Source of the DNA: an uncultured Planctomycetia bacterium
GTDB lineage: Bacteria; Planctomycetota; UBA8108; UBA1146; JAJFFE01
Length of the DNA stretch: 25,358 nt
Assembly: GCA_964482505.1 (NCBI GenBank)
Contig: CAYZYD010000001.1
Location: 1-25,358 of the forward strand
Reading direction: 5' to 3'
Shown here: in pieces, positions 14,987 to 24,700 of the stretch
How the letters are laid out: every line of letters starts with the position of its first letter
Position numbering within the stretch: the stretch's first letter is position 1
Translations under genes and position numbers: made by a program
The notes under the pieces: generated by a model
What the model was told of the DNA's origin: nothing
The model's database searches: none
What the model saw: only the letters and a program-made list of their open reading frames with translations

Positions 14987-15183
14987 CCCTCACCGAAGCG
15001 TACTTTCGAACCGAGGTTGGCAGGCGCGCCAGGCCGACCGAGTAGATAGACAGACAAACGTGTGCCGGAATGCGTAGCATGCGCTGGCTCAGTCTTCGCT
15101 GCGCCTACACAGCTCGACAGGCAAGCAGCCTCAACTCAAAGCAACCTATCAGCGGTTTGTCCGCGTCGAGCTCGCTCAGCTCC

Positions 15184-15663
15184 TCAACTTAGAGTGGACG
15201 CTGCGGCCGGCGAAGCTGAAGAGTGGGGTGTCGAGAGTTGGCGGTCGAGCAGATCGGCCCAGGTGGCGAGATAGAGAATCGCGTCTTCTCGTCGGTTGCG
15301 TTCGAGATAGCGCTGGCCGTCGGGTAACGCCGCCAGCACTTCGGGATCTGAGAGCGATTCGAGTTGAGCGATGTCTTTTCGGCTCATCCCAGCGGATAGC
15401 ATCTCGTCGACGATGTGCTCGAAGGTAAAGCCCGTTCGTGGACAGTGCTCGATCACGTGCTCGGTCCAGTCACAAACCCCGACGTATCGAGCCCGCTCGA
15501 GCGCTTCTCGGTGAATGTCAGCGGGACTCAGAGAGGTCAGCTCTTGAGCGAGGTAGCCGCAATTACAACGGCCCATATGCCCCCACTCAAAACGCTCTCC
15601 TTCAGAAAGACGCGCGGCGACGCGCTTGAGAGCCGAGATCAATCGTCTGTTTGGTCGTGCCAT
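15184..15663 (-). CDS. Conserved hypothetical protein with a WGHMGxCNCG motif
   Basis: 159 aa with a protein-like composition. FEWGHMGRCNCGYLAQE, DWTEHVIEHCPRTG and the C-terminal YLATWADLL resemble an uncharacterised family that I recall but cannot name. Confidence 0.75.
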   Translation of the reverse strand: MARPNRRLISALKRVAARLSEGERFEWGHMGRCNCGYLAQELTSLSPADIHREALERARYVGVCDWTEHVIEHCPRTGFTFEHIVDEMLSAGMSRKDIAQLESLSDPEVLAALPDGQRYLERNRREDAILYLATWADLLDRQLSTPHSSASPAAASTLS

Positions 15664-15791
15664 GGTGCGGTTCCTCCAGCGTGCTTGGACCTGAGGCGTG
15701 TATCAAGAGTAACGAGTTTCTCGAGTTCGGCAAAGGGGGCCAGGTCGATCCACCGAAGAGGTCGCAATCAAAGTCTTGCGGGAGCCGCGAA

Positions 15792-17471
15792 TTGAGCGAT
15801 CCCCCGAGAAGATCTTATCAGTCTCAACCACTTGCGCATTCTACGGAACTTCGAGCCCTCGTCCGCCGGCTCAAAGACTGCGTTCCTTCGCAGCTCGAGG
15901 CGGACCTCGATTCGCGCTTTCGCAATTGGGAAGCTCTCGAGCGCCAAGTCGAAAGTGATCGAGCGCGACGAGTGCTCGCCCGAGTTGGCGGGCCGGAATC
16001 TTCTCAAGTCGACGATGTCTACGATATCTACTCAGAATTCTTCGCGGCCGACCGCGCACTCTTAATCCAATGGCTGACCGATCAATCGACCTGGCTCGAG
16101 AACCGCTTTGGGTCGCCTCTTATCGAGCGTTGGCGCGAGCGCCAGCGTCTCAACCTCGCCGGGGTGCTTCCCCAAACTCGTAAAGAACACAAGCTCGCGC
16201 GCGCCTACTCAGACCGCCTCGATCGAGCCCGGGTGCGCGTCGGCCGCCACGGCGAAGGGTCGGTGTCGCTCTCGGAGGTGGAGGAATACACGCGAGCACC
16301 CGATGAGGCTGTTCACCAGGCTGGCCTCATCGTCCGCGCCGCTTGGCTCAACGAGCAGCACCTCGAATTGAGCGGGATCTACGAAAATCTGCTCAGAGTT
16401 CGGCAGCACCGAGCGCAGTCACTCGGAATTGCGAACTCGCGCGAACTCTCAGCGCTCGAGTACGGTCGCGATTACGATCGTTCCGAAGCGAACGAATTTC
16501 GGTCGGCCAGTCTCCAACAACTCGTCCCAGTTGCGCTCGAGTGGTCCGAGCGAGCTCACCGGATCGGCCGTCGTCTCCCTTCACCCTTATGGGGCTTCGG
16601 GTCGGGCCGCGTGAATCTCCCGCACGAAGAATCGCCCGCGTTACTTGTCGATTCGGTCGCTACTTCGCTCGCGCCGCGACTCCCCGAAGTCGCCGACACC
16701 CTCCGAATGCTCTTTGAGTCGGGCGCCGTCGACTCGAGGCCGAAGGCGCGCGGGAGTTTTACGACGTTTCTACCCGACGCGAGCCAACCGGTCTTAGTCT
16801 TACCCGGACTTGGGGGGGTCGATTCGATCGCGCCACTCGTTCACGAGCTCGGTCACGCCTTCGCGTGGCAGCAGGGAGTTCGCCGGTCGGACAACCTCCC
16901 CTTCCGCGACTGGCAACCCCGTCCCGAGGTCGCGGAACTCCAGGCAATCGCGCTCGAATGGCTCGCGCTCCCCGAGCTCGAGGCGCACTGGGGCGACGAA
17001 GTGGCGGCCGAGCTTCGGCGCCAGCAGATCGAGCGCTCACTCTCCACGATTCTGACCGCCGTTCTCATCGATGATTTCGAAGAGCGCGCCGCCCTCCATC
17101 CCGGAGCGGACGCAGAGACACTTGTCGAGCACTGGCGAGCGGTGGCGCGTCCGCTCTTTGACTGGCGCGGCGAGACCCCGGCCACGCTCCTCGACCGGGA
17201 CTCGCTCTGGCTCCTCTGGGCGCCCCTCTTCCGCTACCCGCACTACACACTCAGCTACGCCCTTGCCCATGTGGTCGGCCTCGAACTTGCCGAGCTCAAC
17301 GCGAGAGATTCGGCCGAAGCGTCGGTGCGTTACCTCGAATTGTCGCAGATGAGCGGCCTCGAACCCTTCCGGGAGGTTGTCGGCCGGATTGGGCTTTCGG
17401 ATCCGTTTGAGCGAGGTACCCTTGTCGGGGTCCGCGAGCGCTGCCGGAAGGCGATTGAGCGCTCGCTCTAA
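15792..17471 (+). CDS. M3-family zinc oligoendopeptidase (PepF-like)
   Basis: HELGH (HExxH), EVAELQAIALE carrying the third zinc ligand, and HYTLSYALA. TTG15792 with GGAG upstream was chosen because the track start overlaps the divergent gene. Confidence 0.82.
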   Translation: MSDPPRRSYQSQPLAHSTELRALVRRLKDCVPSQLEADLDSRFRNWEALERQVESDRARRVLARVGGPESSQVDDVYDIYSEFFAADRALLIQWLTDQSTWLENRFGSPLIERWRERQRLNLAGVLPQTRKEHKLARAYSDRLDRARVRVGRHGEGSVSLSEVEEYTRAPDEAVHQAGLIVRAAWLNEQHLELSGIYENLLRVRQHRAQSLGIANSRELSALEYGRDYDRSEANEFRSASLQQLVPVALEWSERAHRIGRRLPSPLWGFGSGRVNLPHEESPALLVDSVATSLAPRLPEVADTLRMLFESGAVDSRPKARGSFTTFLPDASQPVLVLPGLGGVDSIAPLVHELGHAFAWQQGVRRSDNLPFRDWQPRPEVAELQAIALEWLALPELEAHWGDEVAAELRRQQIERSLSTILTAVLIDDFEERAALHPGADAETLVEHWRAVARPLFDWRGETPATLLDRDSLWLLWAPLFRYPHYTLSYALAHVVGLELAELNARDSAEASVRYLELSQMSGLEPFREVVGRIGLSDPFERGTLVGVRERCRKAIERSL

Positions 17472-17505
17472 GATCCCTCTTGCGACCTGAGGAAGCGGCC
17501 TATCG

Positions 17506-18810
17506 TTGCCATCGTTTGATCTCCCCGAGTGGCGGGAGAAGCCCACTCACGCACGCCCCCAACTCCCTCGCGCCGTCGCGCTCAAAGCGATCACCCCCGA
17601 CGATCCCGCCGAGATCTACCCCGATCTCGATCCGTTCGCCGAGCTCAAGAGTCTCGCAGGGACGGCGGGGCTCGACGTCGTCGCGACCCTGAGTCAACGC
17701 CGTAGCAAACCGCACCCGTCGACCTATGTCGGTAAAGGCAAACTCGAAGAACTCGTCGACCTCGCCGAAGAACACGAGGCGGAAGTCATCCTCGTCGACG
17801 ATCCGATCAGCCCGAGTCAGGGCAAGACGATCGAAGATCGCTCCGAGCGCCGCGTCGTCGATCGCGCCGAGCTCATCATGGATATCTTCGCCGTGCGGGC
17901 CCAGACACACCAAGCCAAACTCCAAGTCGAGCTCGCGCAACTCCGTTACTCGCAAAGCCGACTGACGCGGATGTGGACCCACCTCTCGCGTATCGAGGGA
18001 GGAATCGGCATGCGCGGACCGGGGGAGACCCAGCTCGAGACCGACCGCCGCATTATCCGGCGCAAGATCTCACTGCTGCGCGACAAACTCGACGATATCG
18101 AACAGCAGCAAGCGACCCAGATGAAGGGCCGTCGCGATGCGTTCAAAGTCGCGCTCGTCGGCTACACCAACGCGGGCAAATCGACCCTGTTCAAGCGACT
18201 GACCGCCCAGGACACTCTGGTCGAAAACCGACTCTTCTCGACGCTCGACACCAACACGCGCAAATGGGATCTCGATATCGGTCGCGACGTCCTGCTTTCA
18301 GATACCGTCGGCTTCATCCGCAAGCTCCCCCACTCGCTCGTCGCTTCGTTTCACGCGACCCTCGCCGAGGCGCGCGAAGCGGACCTCTTGCTCCACGTCG
18401 TCGACTCGACCTCGCCGACGGCCACCGAGGACATCGAAGTCGTCAACCAGACGCTCAAACAAATCGGCTGCTACGACCGGCCCACCCTCTTCGTCTTCAA
18501 CAAAATCGACGAGCTCCCCGAAGGCCAGCGCATCGAGCTCAACCATCTCGTCGCGAGCAGCGCGGGTCGCATCGCGATCAGCGCCCACACCGGTACTCAC
18601 GTCGACCATCTCATCGAAGAGGTGAAACGGAGAGCGCAAGCCGGAGAGTCGGTCGAGGAGTATCTCGTCCCTCACGATCGCGGCGATCTCGTCAACCGTC
18701 TCCACGATCGCGGTTCGATCGAGTCAGAAGAGTATCTCGACGGGGGAATCAAGATTCGGGTGCGGCTCTCCGCGGCCGAACGCAGTCGGTTCGAACGCCT
18801 CCTCAGTTAA
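17506..18810 (+). CDS. hflX: GTPase HflX
   Basis: YVGKGKLEEL, QLETDRR, G1 GYTNAGKST, G3 DTVGFI, G4 NKID. Confidence 0.96.
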   Translation: MPSFDLPEWREKPTHARPQLPRAVALKAITPDDPAEIYPDLDPFAELKSLAGTAGLDVVATLSQRRSKPHPSTYVGKGKLEELVDLAEEHEAEVILVDDPISPSQGKTIEDRSERRVVDRAELIMDIFAVRAQTHQAKLQVELAQLRYSQSRLTRMWTHLSRIEGGIGMRGPGETQLETDRRIIRRKISLLRDKLDDIEQQQATQMKGRRDAFKVALVGYTNAGKSTLFKRLTAQDTLVENRLFSTLDTNTRKWDLDIGRDVLLSDTVGFIRKLPHSLVASFHATLAEAREADLLLHVVDSTSPTATEDIEVVNQTLKQIGCYDRPTLFVFNKIDELPEGQRIELNHLVASSAGRIAISAHTGTHVDHLIEEVKRRAQAGESVEEYLVPHDRGDLVNRLHDRGSIESEEYLDGGIKIRVRLSAAERSRFERLLS

Positions 18811-18860
18811 CCGCGTCCCCGACGCCGCCACGACTTGAGAGGAGGATGAGAGAGATCGCG

Positions 18861-19808
18861 ATGCCCAGCGAACCCAAAACCCGACCGGTCATAGCGAGAC
18901 CCGGACCGCATCTTCTCAGTGCGAGTCGGCGTACGGATATCCCCGCCTTCTATATGGACTGGTTCGTCAACCGGCTCGAGGCGGGCTCGCTGCTGACGAT
19001 GAACCCCTTCGGTGGCCAGATCTACCGAATCGATTTATCGCGCGAAGCGGTCCGCGGGATCGTCTTCTGGACTCGAGCCCCGCGCGGGCTGCTTCGCCAC
19101 TTTGACCGAGTGGTTCGATTTTCTGAAGCGCTCTACTGCCACTTCACGATCACGGGGCTTTCGCGTCCATTCGAAACTCACAACCCTGCCCTCGCCAGCC
19201 AGATCGCCATGTTTCGGGCCCTCTCAGATCGACTCTCGCCAGAGCGACTGACTTGGCGCTTTGATCCGATCCTCCTGAGTTGCCGCACCGGCCCGGCGGA
19301 GACGATCGACCGCTTCACCCAGATCGCCCGCGAACTCGCCCCCTACACCGGCAAGTGCGTGACCTCGTTCGTCGATCGTTACGGCAAGACGCGGCGCGGA
19401 CTCGACCGGCTCGAACGAACCGCGGGCGTCCGAGTGGACGAGCCCAGCCTCGACGAACGCCGGGCGCTCGTCACTGACCTCGCGAGCCGCGCCGACGACT
19501 TCGGGCTCGAGCTCGAGCTTTGCACCGAACCCGAGCTCGAGGGTCTGGGGCTATCCGCCTCGGGTTGTATCGGTCAGCAAGTCGCCGAGCTTCTCGACCC
19601 CGACCGCGCCTACGATTCACAGCCGACGCGGACCGGTTGTACCTGCGTGCGCGCAGTCGATATCGGCGCCTACGACAGTTGCCCCTTCGGCTGTGTTTAC
19701 TGCTACGCGACGAATAGTCGCGGGGTGGCCCAGAAACGACTCGCCGCGCACGATCCCGAGAGCGCATGGCTCTGGCAGCCGCAGTCGCTGCACCCTCACC
19801 GCGCTTAA
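18861..19808 (+). CDS. DUF1848 family radical-SAM-like protein
   Basis: SASRRTDIPAFYMDWF, IVFWT and WRFDPI, with the C-terminal CTCVRAVDIGAYDSCPFGCVYCYA (CxxxCxxC). The track's 5' extension to 17973 overlaps hflX and is spurious. Confidence 0.88.
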   Translation: MPSEPKTRPVIARPGPHLLSASRRTDIPAFYMDWFVNRLEAGSLLTMNPFGGQIYRIDLSREAVRGIVFWTRAPRGLLRHFDRVVRFSEALYCHFTITGLSRPFETHNPALASQIAMFRALSDRLSPERLTWRFDPILLSCRTGPAETIDRFTQIARELAPYTGKCVTSFVDRYGKTRRGLDRLERTAGVRVDEPSLDERRALVTDLASRADDFGLELELCTEPELEGLGLSASGCIGQQVAELLDPDRAYDSQPTRTGCTCVRAVDIGAYDSCPFGCVYCYATNSRGVAQKRLAAHDPESAWLWQPQSLHPHRA

Positions 19809-19862
19809 TCGCTGACCCGCCACAAGATTGCCGTGAGATGCCCGCGCGGACGGCTTCTCGCC

Positions 19863-19934
19863 TCGAGGAGCGACAACAACGCCAGAGAGGTTGAGAACCG
19901 GCGATTTGTGCGCGCACTTCTGAAATGAGACACT
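19863..19934 (-). repeat. Diverged half-copy of the 1665-1832 element
   Basis: The reverse complement aligns without gaps to 1667-1738 with 57 of 72 identities (counted by hand), including the shared CTGGCGTTGTTGYCGCTCCTCGA. Confidence 0.8.
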
Positions 19935-19963
19935 CACCCGCATTATTCACGAGCTTGCTACTG

Positions 19964-19992
19964 CGAAGACGTCAGGCGCTTGCGCCTCTTCG
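19964..19992. terminator. Possible terminator hairpin between convergent genes
   Basis: CGAAG-acgtc-AGGCGC-tt-GCGCCT-CTTCG lies 12 nt downstream of the decarboxylase stop. There is no clear U-tract. Confidence 0.3.
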
Positions 19993-20004
19993 TCCCGTGC
20001 TGCC

Positions 20005-21432
20005 TTAACCGCGCGTGAGTTCGTCGGCCGTCTTTTGGAGGAGTTCCCAGACGTTATCCACATGGTGCTCTTCGGTGGCGGTCGCCCCTATCGCCAGTCG
20101 GATTGCGTAGTGACCGCCGATTCTTGTATGGGTCAAGAAGGCGGCCCCGCTCCGATTGATGCGTTCGAGGATCTGCTCGCTCAAGGCGTCGCCTCCCCGA
20201 TGGCGGAAGCAGACGAGGTTGAGTCGCGCGGGCGCGACCAATTCGAACTCGGGGTGTCGGACGACCGCGTCCGCAAACCGCTCCGCGTAACCGATGTGTC
20301 GTCGGACGTGATCGCGCAAGCCGTGGGTTCCGTAATAGCGCAGAACAAACCAGAGCTTGAGCGCGCGAAAGCGACGACCGAGGGGAATCTGCCAATCGCG
20401 ATAATCGATCACGCCGCCGACTTCCGTGGCGCGGTTTCGGAGGTACTCGGGTAAGACACTGAGCGCGTCGAGGAGCGGCTTTGGATCCTGGACGTAGAAA
20501 CAGCTGCAGTCGAGATTGGTCAGCATCCACTTGTGCGGATTAAACGAGTAGCTCTGCGCTCCTTCGAGTCCCTCGATGAGCCCACGGTGTTCGGGACAGA
20601 TCGTCGCGGTGCCGGCGAGCGCCGCGTCGACGTGGAGCCAGAGATCGTACTTTTGGCTCAATTCGGCGAGAGCTGGAATCGGATCGACCGCGAGTGATGA
20701 GGTCGTCCCCACTGTGGCGGCGATCAGTCCGGGCTTGAGGCCCCCTTTGATGTCGGCCTGAATCTGCGCTTCGAGCGCCACTGGATCGAGCGCGAGGTCA
20801 TCGTCGACGGCGACGCGCCGCAGTGCGTCGGTCCCAAGCCCCGCGATCGCGACCGCCTTCTCGACCGACGAGTGCGCTTCGGCCGAGGTGTAGACGCAGA
20901 AGCCGTCGGGATTGCCTACGCGGAAGACGGCCGGGTCGACTCGGGCGCGCGCGGCGGCGAGGGCGCAGAGGGTCGCTGACGAGGCGGTGTCTTGGATGAC
21001 CCCGCCACCACCCTGGGCGGAGTGGTAACGCTCGGGTAGTCCGAGCAGGCCGACGAGCTCATCGAGGACAAAGGTCTCGAGTTCGGTCATCGCGGGGCTC
21101 GTCGACCAGAGCATCCCCTGAGTTCCGAGACCGGCCGAAAGGAGCTCGCCGAGAACCGAAGGCCCCGAACAGTTCGCCGGGAAGTAACCAAAGAACGACG
21201 GCGACTGCCAATGCGTCAAGCCTGGAACCACGACTTTCTCGAAGTCTCTTAGAATGGCCTCGAACGAGGTCGGTTCGTCGGTGAGGGGCGGGAGGGCCGC
21301 GCGTATCTCACCCGGATCGACGGGACTCTGAACGGGCCGCGACTCAACGGTCTCCCAATAGTTGGCGATCCAGTCGATGAGTCGATAGCCCCATTTACGG
21401 AACTCACCGGCGGGCATGTGAGAGTGGGTCAT
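20005..21432 (-). CDS. PLP-dependent group II decarboxylase, aromatic-L-amino-acid (DOPA) decarboxylase-like
   Basis: PGLTHWQSPSFFGYFPAN, WSTSPAMTELE, WLHVDAALAG, SFNPHKW (PLP lysine) and DYRDWQIPLGRRFRALKLWF. Confidence 0.93.
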   Translation of the reverse strand: MTHSHMPAGEFRKWGYRLIDWIANYWETVESRPVQSPVDPGEIRAALPPLTDEPTSFEAILRDFEKVVVPGLTHWQSPSFFGYFPANCSGPSVLGELLSAGLGTQGMLWSTSPAMTELETFVLDELVGLLGLPERYHSAQGGGGVIQDTASSATLCALAAARARVDPAVFRVGNPDGFCVYTSAEAHSSVEKAVAIAGLGTDALRRVAVDDDLALDPVALEAQIQADIKGGLKPGLIAATVGTTSSLAVDPIPALAELSQKYDLWLHVDAALAGTATICPEHRGLIEGLEGAQSYSFNPHKWMLTNLDCSCFYVQDPKPLLDALSVLPEYLRNRATEVGGVIDYRDWQIPLGRRFRALKLWFVLRYYGTHGLRDHVRRHIGYAERFADAVVRHPEFELVAPARLNLVCFRHRGGDALSEQILERINRSGAAFLTHTRIGGHYAIRLAIGATATEEHHVDNVWELLQKTADELTRG

Positions 21433-21733
21433 GAGGTGGTCTTCCGAGCGTGGCGGCTTCCGAGCGCCTGAGGATCGAATTCGTTCGTCTTTCGCCGCCA
21501 GCGGTCGCCTTCCAACTTCGCAGTAGCGGGCTCATGAATTATGCGATCGCAATTGAACTATCCTTATCGAATCCGCAACTTAGAATGGGGTGCCGAAAAT
21601 GTCTCTCCGAATCGGTTATGATTTTGCCAATGAGTGCCATATGAAAACCAGTCAGCGCCTGGCGACTCGCGAGGCACACGCCCTGGCCCCCAACTTTGAC
21701 GAGCCCCGGCTCGGCCCGAAGAGGACCTCGTAG

Positions 21734-24700
21734 ATGCAAGTTCTCCGCAACCGATCCTTCCTCGCGCTGCTCGGCACGCAGTTCCTCGGGGCCTTCAACG
21801 ATAACGTCTATCGCGGCCTGCTGTTGCTGCTCGCGCTCGAATCCGAAATCGAGTTCTTCGGCATCCAAGCGGAATCGTTCGCACTCGCTCTCTTCGCCTT
21901 CCCCTTCGTCCTCTTCGCGCTACTCGGAGGCTCGCTCGCCGATCGCTTTTCAAAGCGCAATGTGATCGTGACGACAAACATCTTTGAGATCGTGGCGATG
22001 ACTCTGGGTACATTGGCTCTCACCCTGAGTTCAACGGATGCCTCGAGCATCGATCGGACCTCTATGATCGCCTCGCTCGCGGTGCTTTTCATCATGGGAA
22101 CTCAAAGCGCCCTGTTTGGGCCTTCGAAGTACGGTATTTTGCCCGAGATCGTCAAGCCAGGGCTGCTCTCATCGGCTAACGGTCTGATCAGTATGACAAC
22201 CCAGCTCGCGATTATCCTCGGCCTCGTCTCAGCCTCGGGAATCAACCTACTCCTCAAGGAACTCGAACTCCCCGTATACGCGCCGGGCTTTGTCTGTATC
22301 GGTGTCGCGACCGTCGGTTGGCTCTTTTCACTCATGCTGCCAAAGCTCAAAGCCGCCGATCCTTCGAAGAAGCTTGCGCTCAACATTCTGTCCGTGCCGA
22401 TCCACGCCTATCGAGAGTTTCGCTACAACGCCAAAGATTCAGAGCTCATCGGGTCCCTGCTATCGAGTTCGTGGTTCTTTCTCATCGGCTCTCTCGCGCT
22501 GCTCGTCTTCAACGTCCACGCCGAAGCGATCTGGGGGATGGAACGAATTCAAGGGGGAACACTCCTCGCCGCGGTCGCCACCGGAATCGCCCTCGGTAGC
22601 TTGACGGCGGGACAGTTGTCCAAAGGTCGACCCGAGCTCGGACTCGCCCCGATCGGCGCGTTCGGGATGGGACTCGCCTTCTGCACGGTTCCGTTCGCAA
22701 GCGGTAGCGAGGTGCTCTTCAAGCTACCCTTTGCCGAAATAGACGTGACGGGCCAGATGGTCGCGACCCATGCGATCGTACTTGTCGCAGGCTTCTTTGG
22801 CGGTCTCTACATCGTTCCTTTGAATACGTTTGTCCAAGCGCGGCCCAAACCCGAGGAAAAGGGACGCGTGCTCGGGTTTCACGAGCTCTTGAGTTTCGTC
22901 TTCGTCATCTCGGCGGCTGGCGTTTACGAGCTACTCGCCCTCGATGCGTTCAAGCTCAATTCGACCCAACTGCTGGTGGCGACCGGCGTCTTGACGATCG
23001 TCGGAAGCGCGCTCTTCTCGGTAAGCTCACCCGTCTTCGTGCAGCGAGCGATCCTCTTTCTTATCGCCAAGTTCTACCGGATCAAAGTGTACGGAAACGA
23101 AAACGTTCCGGCGCGCGGCCCCGCGCTTCTCGTTGCCAACCACGTCTCGTACGCCGATCCCTTCTTTGTTAGCGCCGCCTCCCCGCGCATTCCCCGCTTT
23201 TTGATGCACCGCTTCTTTATGGGAGTTCCGGGCATCGCCCACTTCGCGCGACTGACCAACGTTATTCCGATCTCCGCGGGCGACGGTCCGCGGGCTCTGC
23301 TCAAGAGTCTCGAACGAGCGGCTGAGCATCTCAAGCGAGGCCACTCGGTCTGCATCTTCGCCGAGGGTAAGATCACACGCACGGGCACGCTTCTCCCCTT
23401 TTCAAAGGGTCTCGAGCGCATCGCTCGCGAGGCGGATTCGCCGATCATCCCCGTCTATCTCGACGGGGTCTGGGGGAGTGTCTTTAGCTACCACCGCGGC
23501 AAGATCCTCTGGCGCTGGCCGCGCAGATTGCCGCATCTATCGGTCTCGTTTGGTGAACCGTTACCACCCGACACTCCGACCTGGAAAGTGAGACAGCGAC
23601 TTCTCGAGACCGGTGCCGAAGCGCTCGAACGCCGCAAACACCACGGGGTCACGCTCGCCACCAGATTTGTGCGGATGGCTAAACGCCGCGGCTCCCGGCT
23701 CGCACTCGCCGACACAACGGGTAAAGAGCTAAGCTTTCGCAAGACCCTCGTAGCCTGCCTGCTGCTCCGCCAGCAGCTCCGCGAGCGGACCGAAGATCAA
23801 GAGTACGTCGGGATCCTGCTGCCCGCGAGCGTCGGCGGCGCGCTCGCTAATATCAGCGTGACGCTACTCGGCAAGGTCAGCGTCAACCTCAACTTCACCA
23901 CGGGTCCCGAAGCCTACCAATCGGCGATCGAGCAGACCGAGCTAAAGACAATCATCACGTCGAAGCGGTTTATCGACAAGATCGGCATGGAGTCCGACGA
24001 GCGCTTTGTCTTTATCGAAGATCTCGCGGCGGCGGCGAGCGGAGCCGACAAGGTCAAGAATCTGCTCGCGACCTACCTGCCGAGCTGGCTGCTAATTCGT
24101 ATCTTTGGTCTTCCGCGCGATCCCGACCAAGTGGCGGCGGTAATGTTTTCGAGCGGGTCGACGGGTCAACCCAAAGGGGTCGAGCTCACCCACCACAACT
24201 TCTTGTCGGAGATCGCCTGCACCGAACCGGTCTTCGACGCGACCCCCGAAGACCGAATGATGGGAATCCTGCCCTTCTTCCACTGCTTCGGCTACGCGAT
24301 CACGATCTGGTTCCCGGTGACCCTCGGGTTTTCGTCGATCTACCATCCCTCACCCCTCGACGCGCGCGGTATCGCCGAAGCGCTGCGGAAGTTCCAAGCG
24401 ACAATCTTTATCGCGACACCTACGTTCTACCAATCCTACCTCCGTCGCTTTAGCCCCGAAGATGTCGCGTCGCTCCGCCTTTCGGTCGCGGGAGCCGAGA
24501 AGCTCAAGTCGTCACTGCGCAAGAGTTGGAAGGAGAAATTCGGAACCGAGATCTTCGAAGGCTACGGCTGTACCGAACTTTCACCGGCGATCTGTATGAA
24601 CACCCACAACCACACCGGGGAGATTCAACAGACCGGTCATAAGCCCGGAACGATCGGGCACCCATTCCCCGGCGTCGCGGTGCGCGTCGTCGACCCCGAT

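Noticed and set aside
15060-15112. Imperfect hairpin with a GTAG tetranucleotide, REP-like
   Set aside because: It is a single copy in the window, the pairing is weak, and there is no RAYT/TnpA gene.
17973-18860. Long N-terminal extension of the DUF1848 ORF in the track
   Set aside because: It is an alternative frame over hflX with Arg/Pro-rich nonsense composition; family similarity begins only after 18861.
21625-21642. Minus-strand TGGCAC-tcat-TGGCA resembling a sigma-54 promoter
   Set aside because: The GG-to-GC spacing is one base short of the strict -24/-12 requirement.
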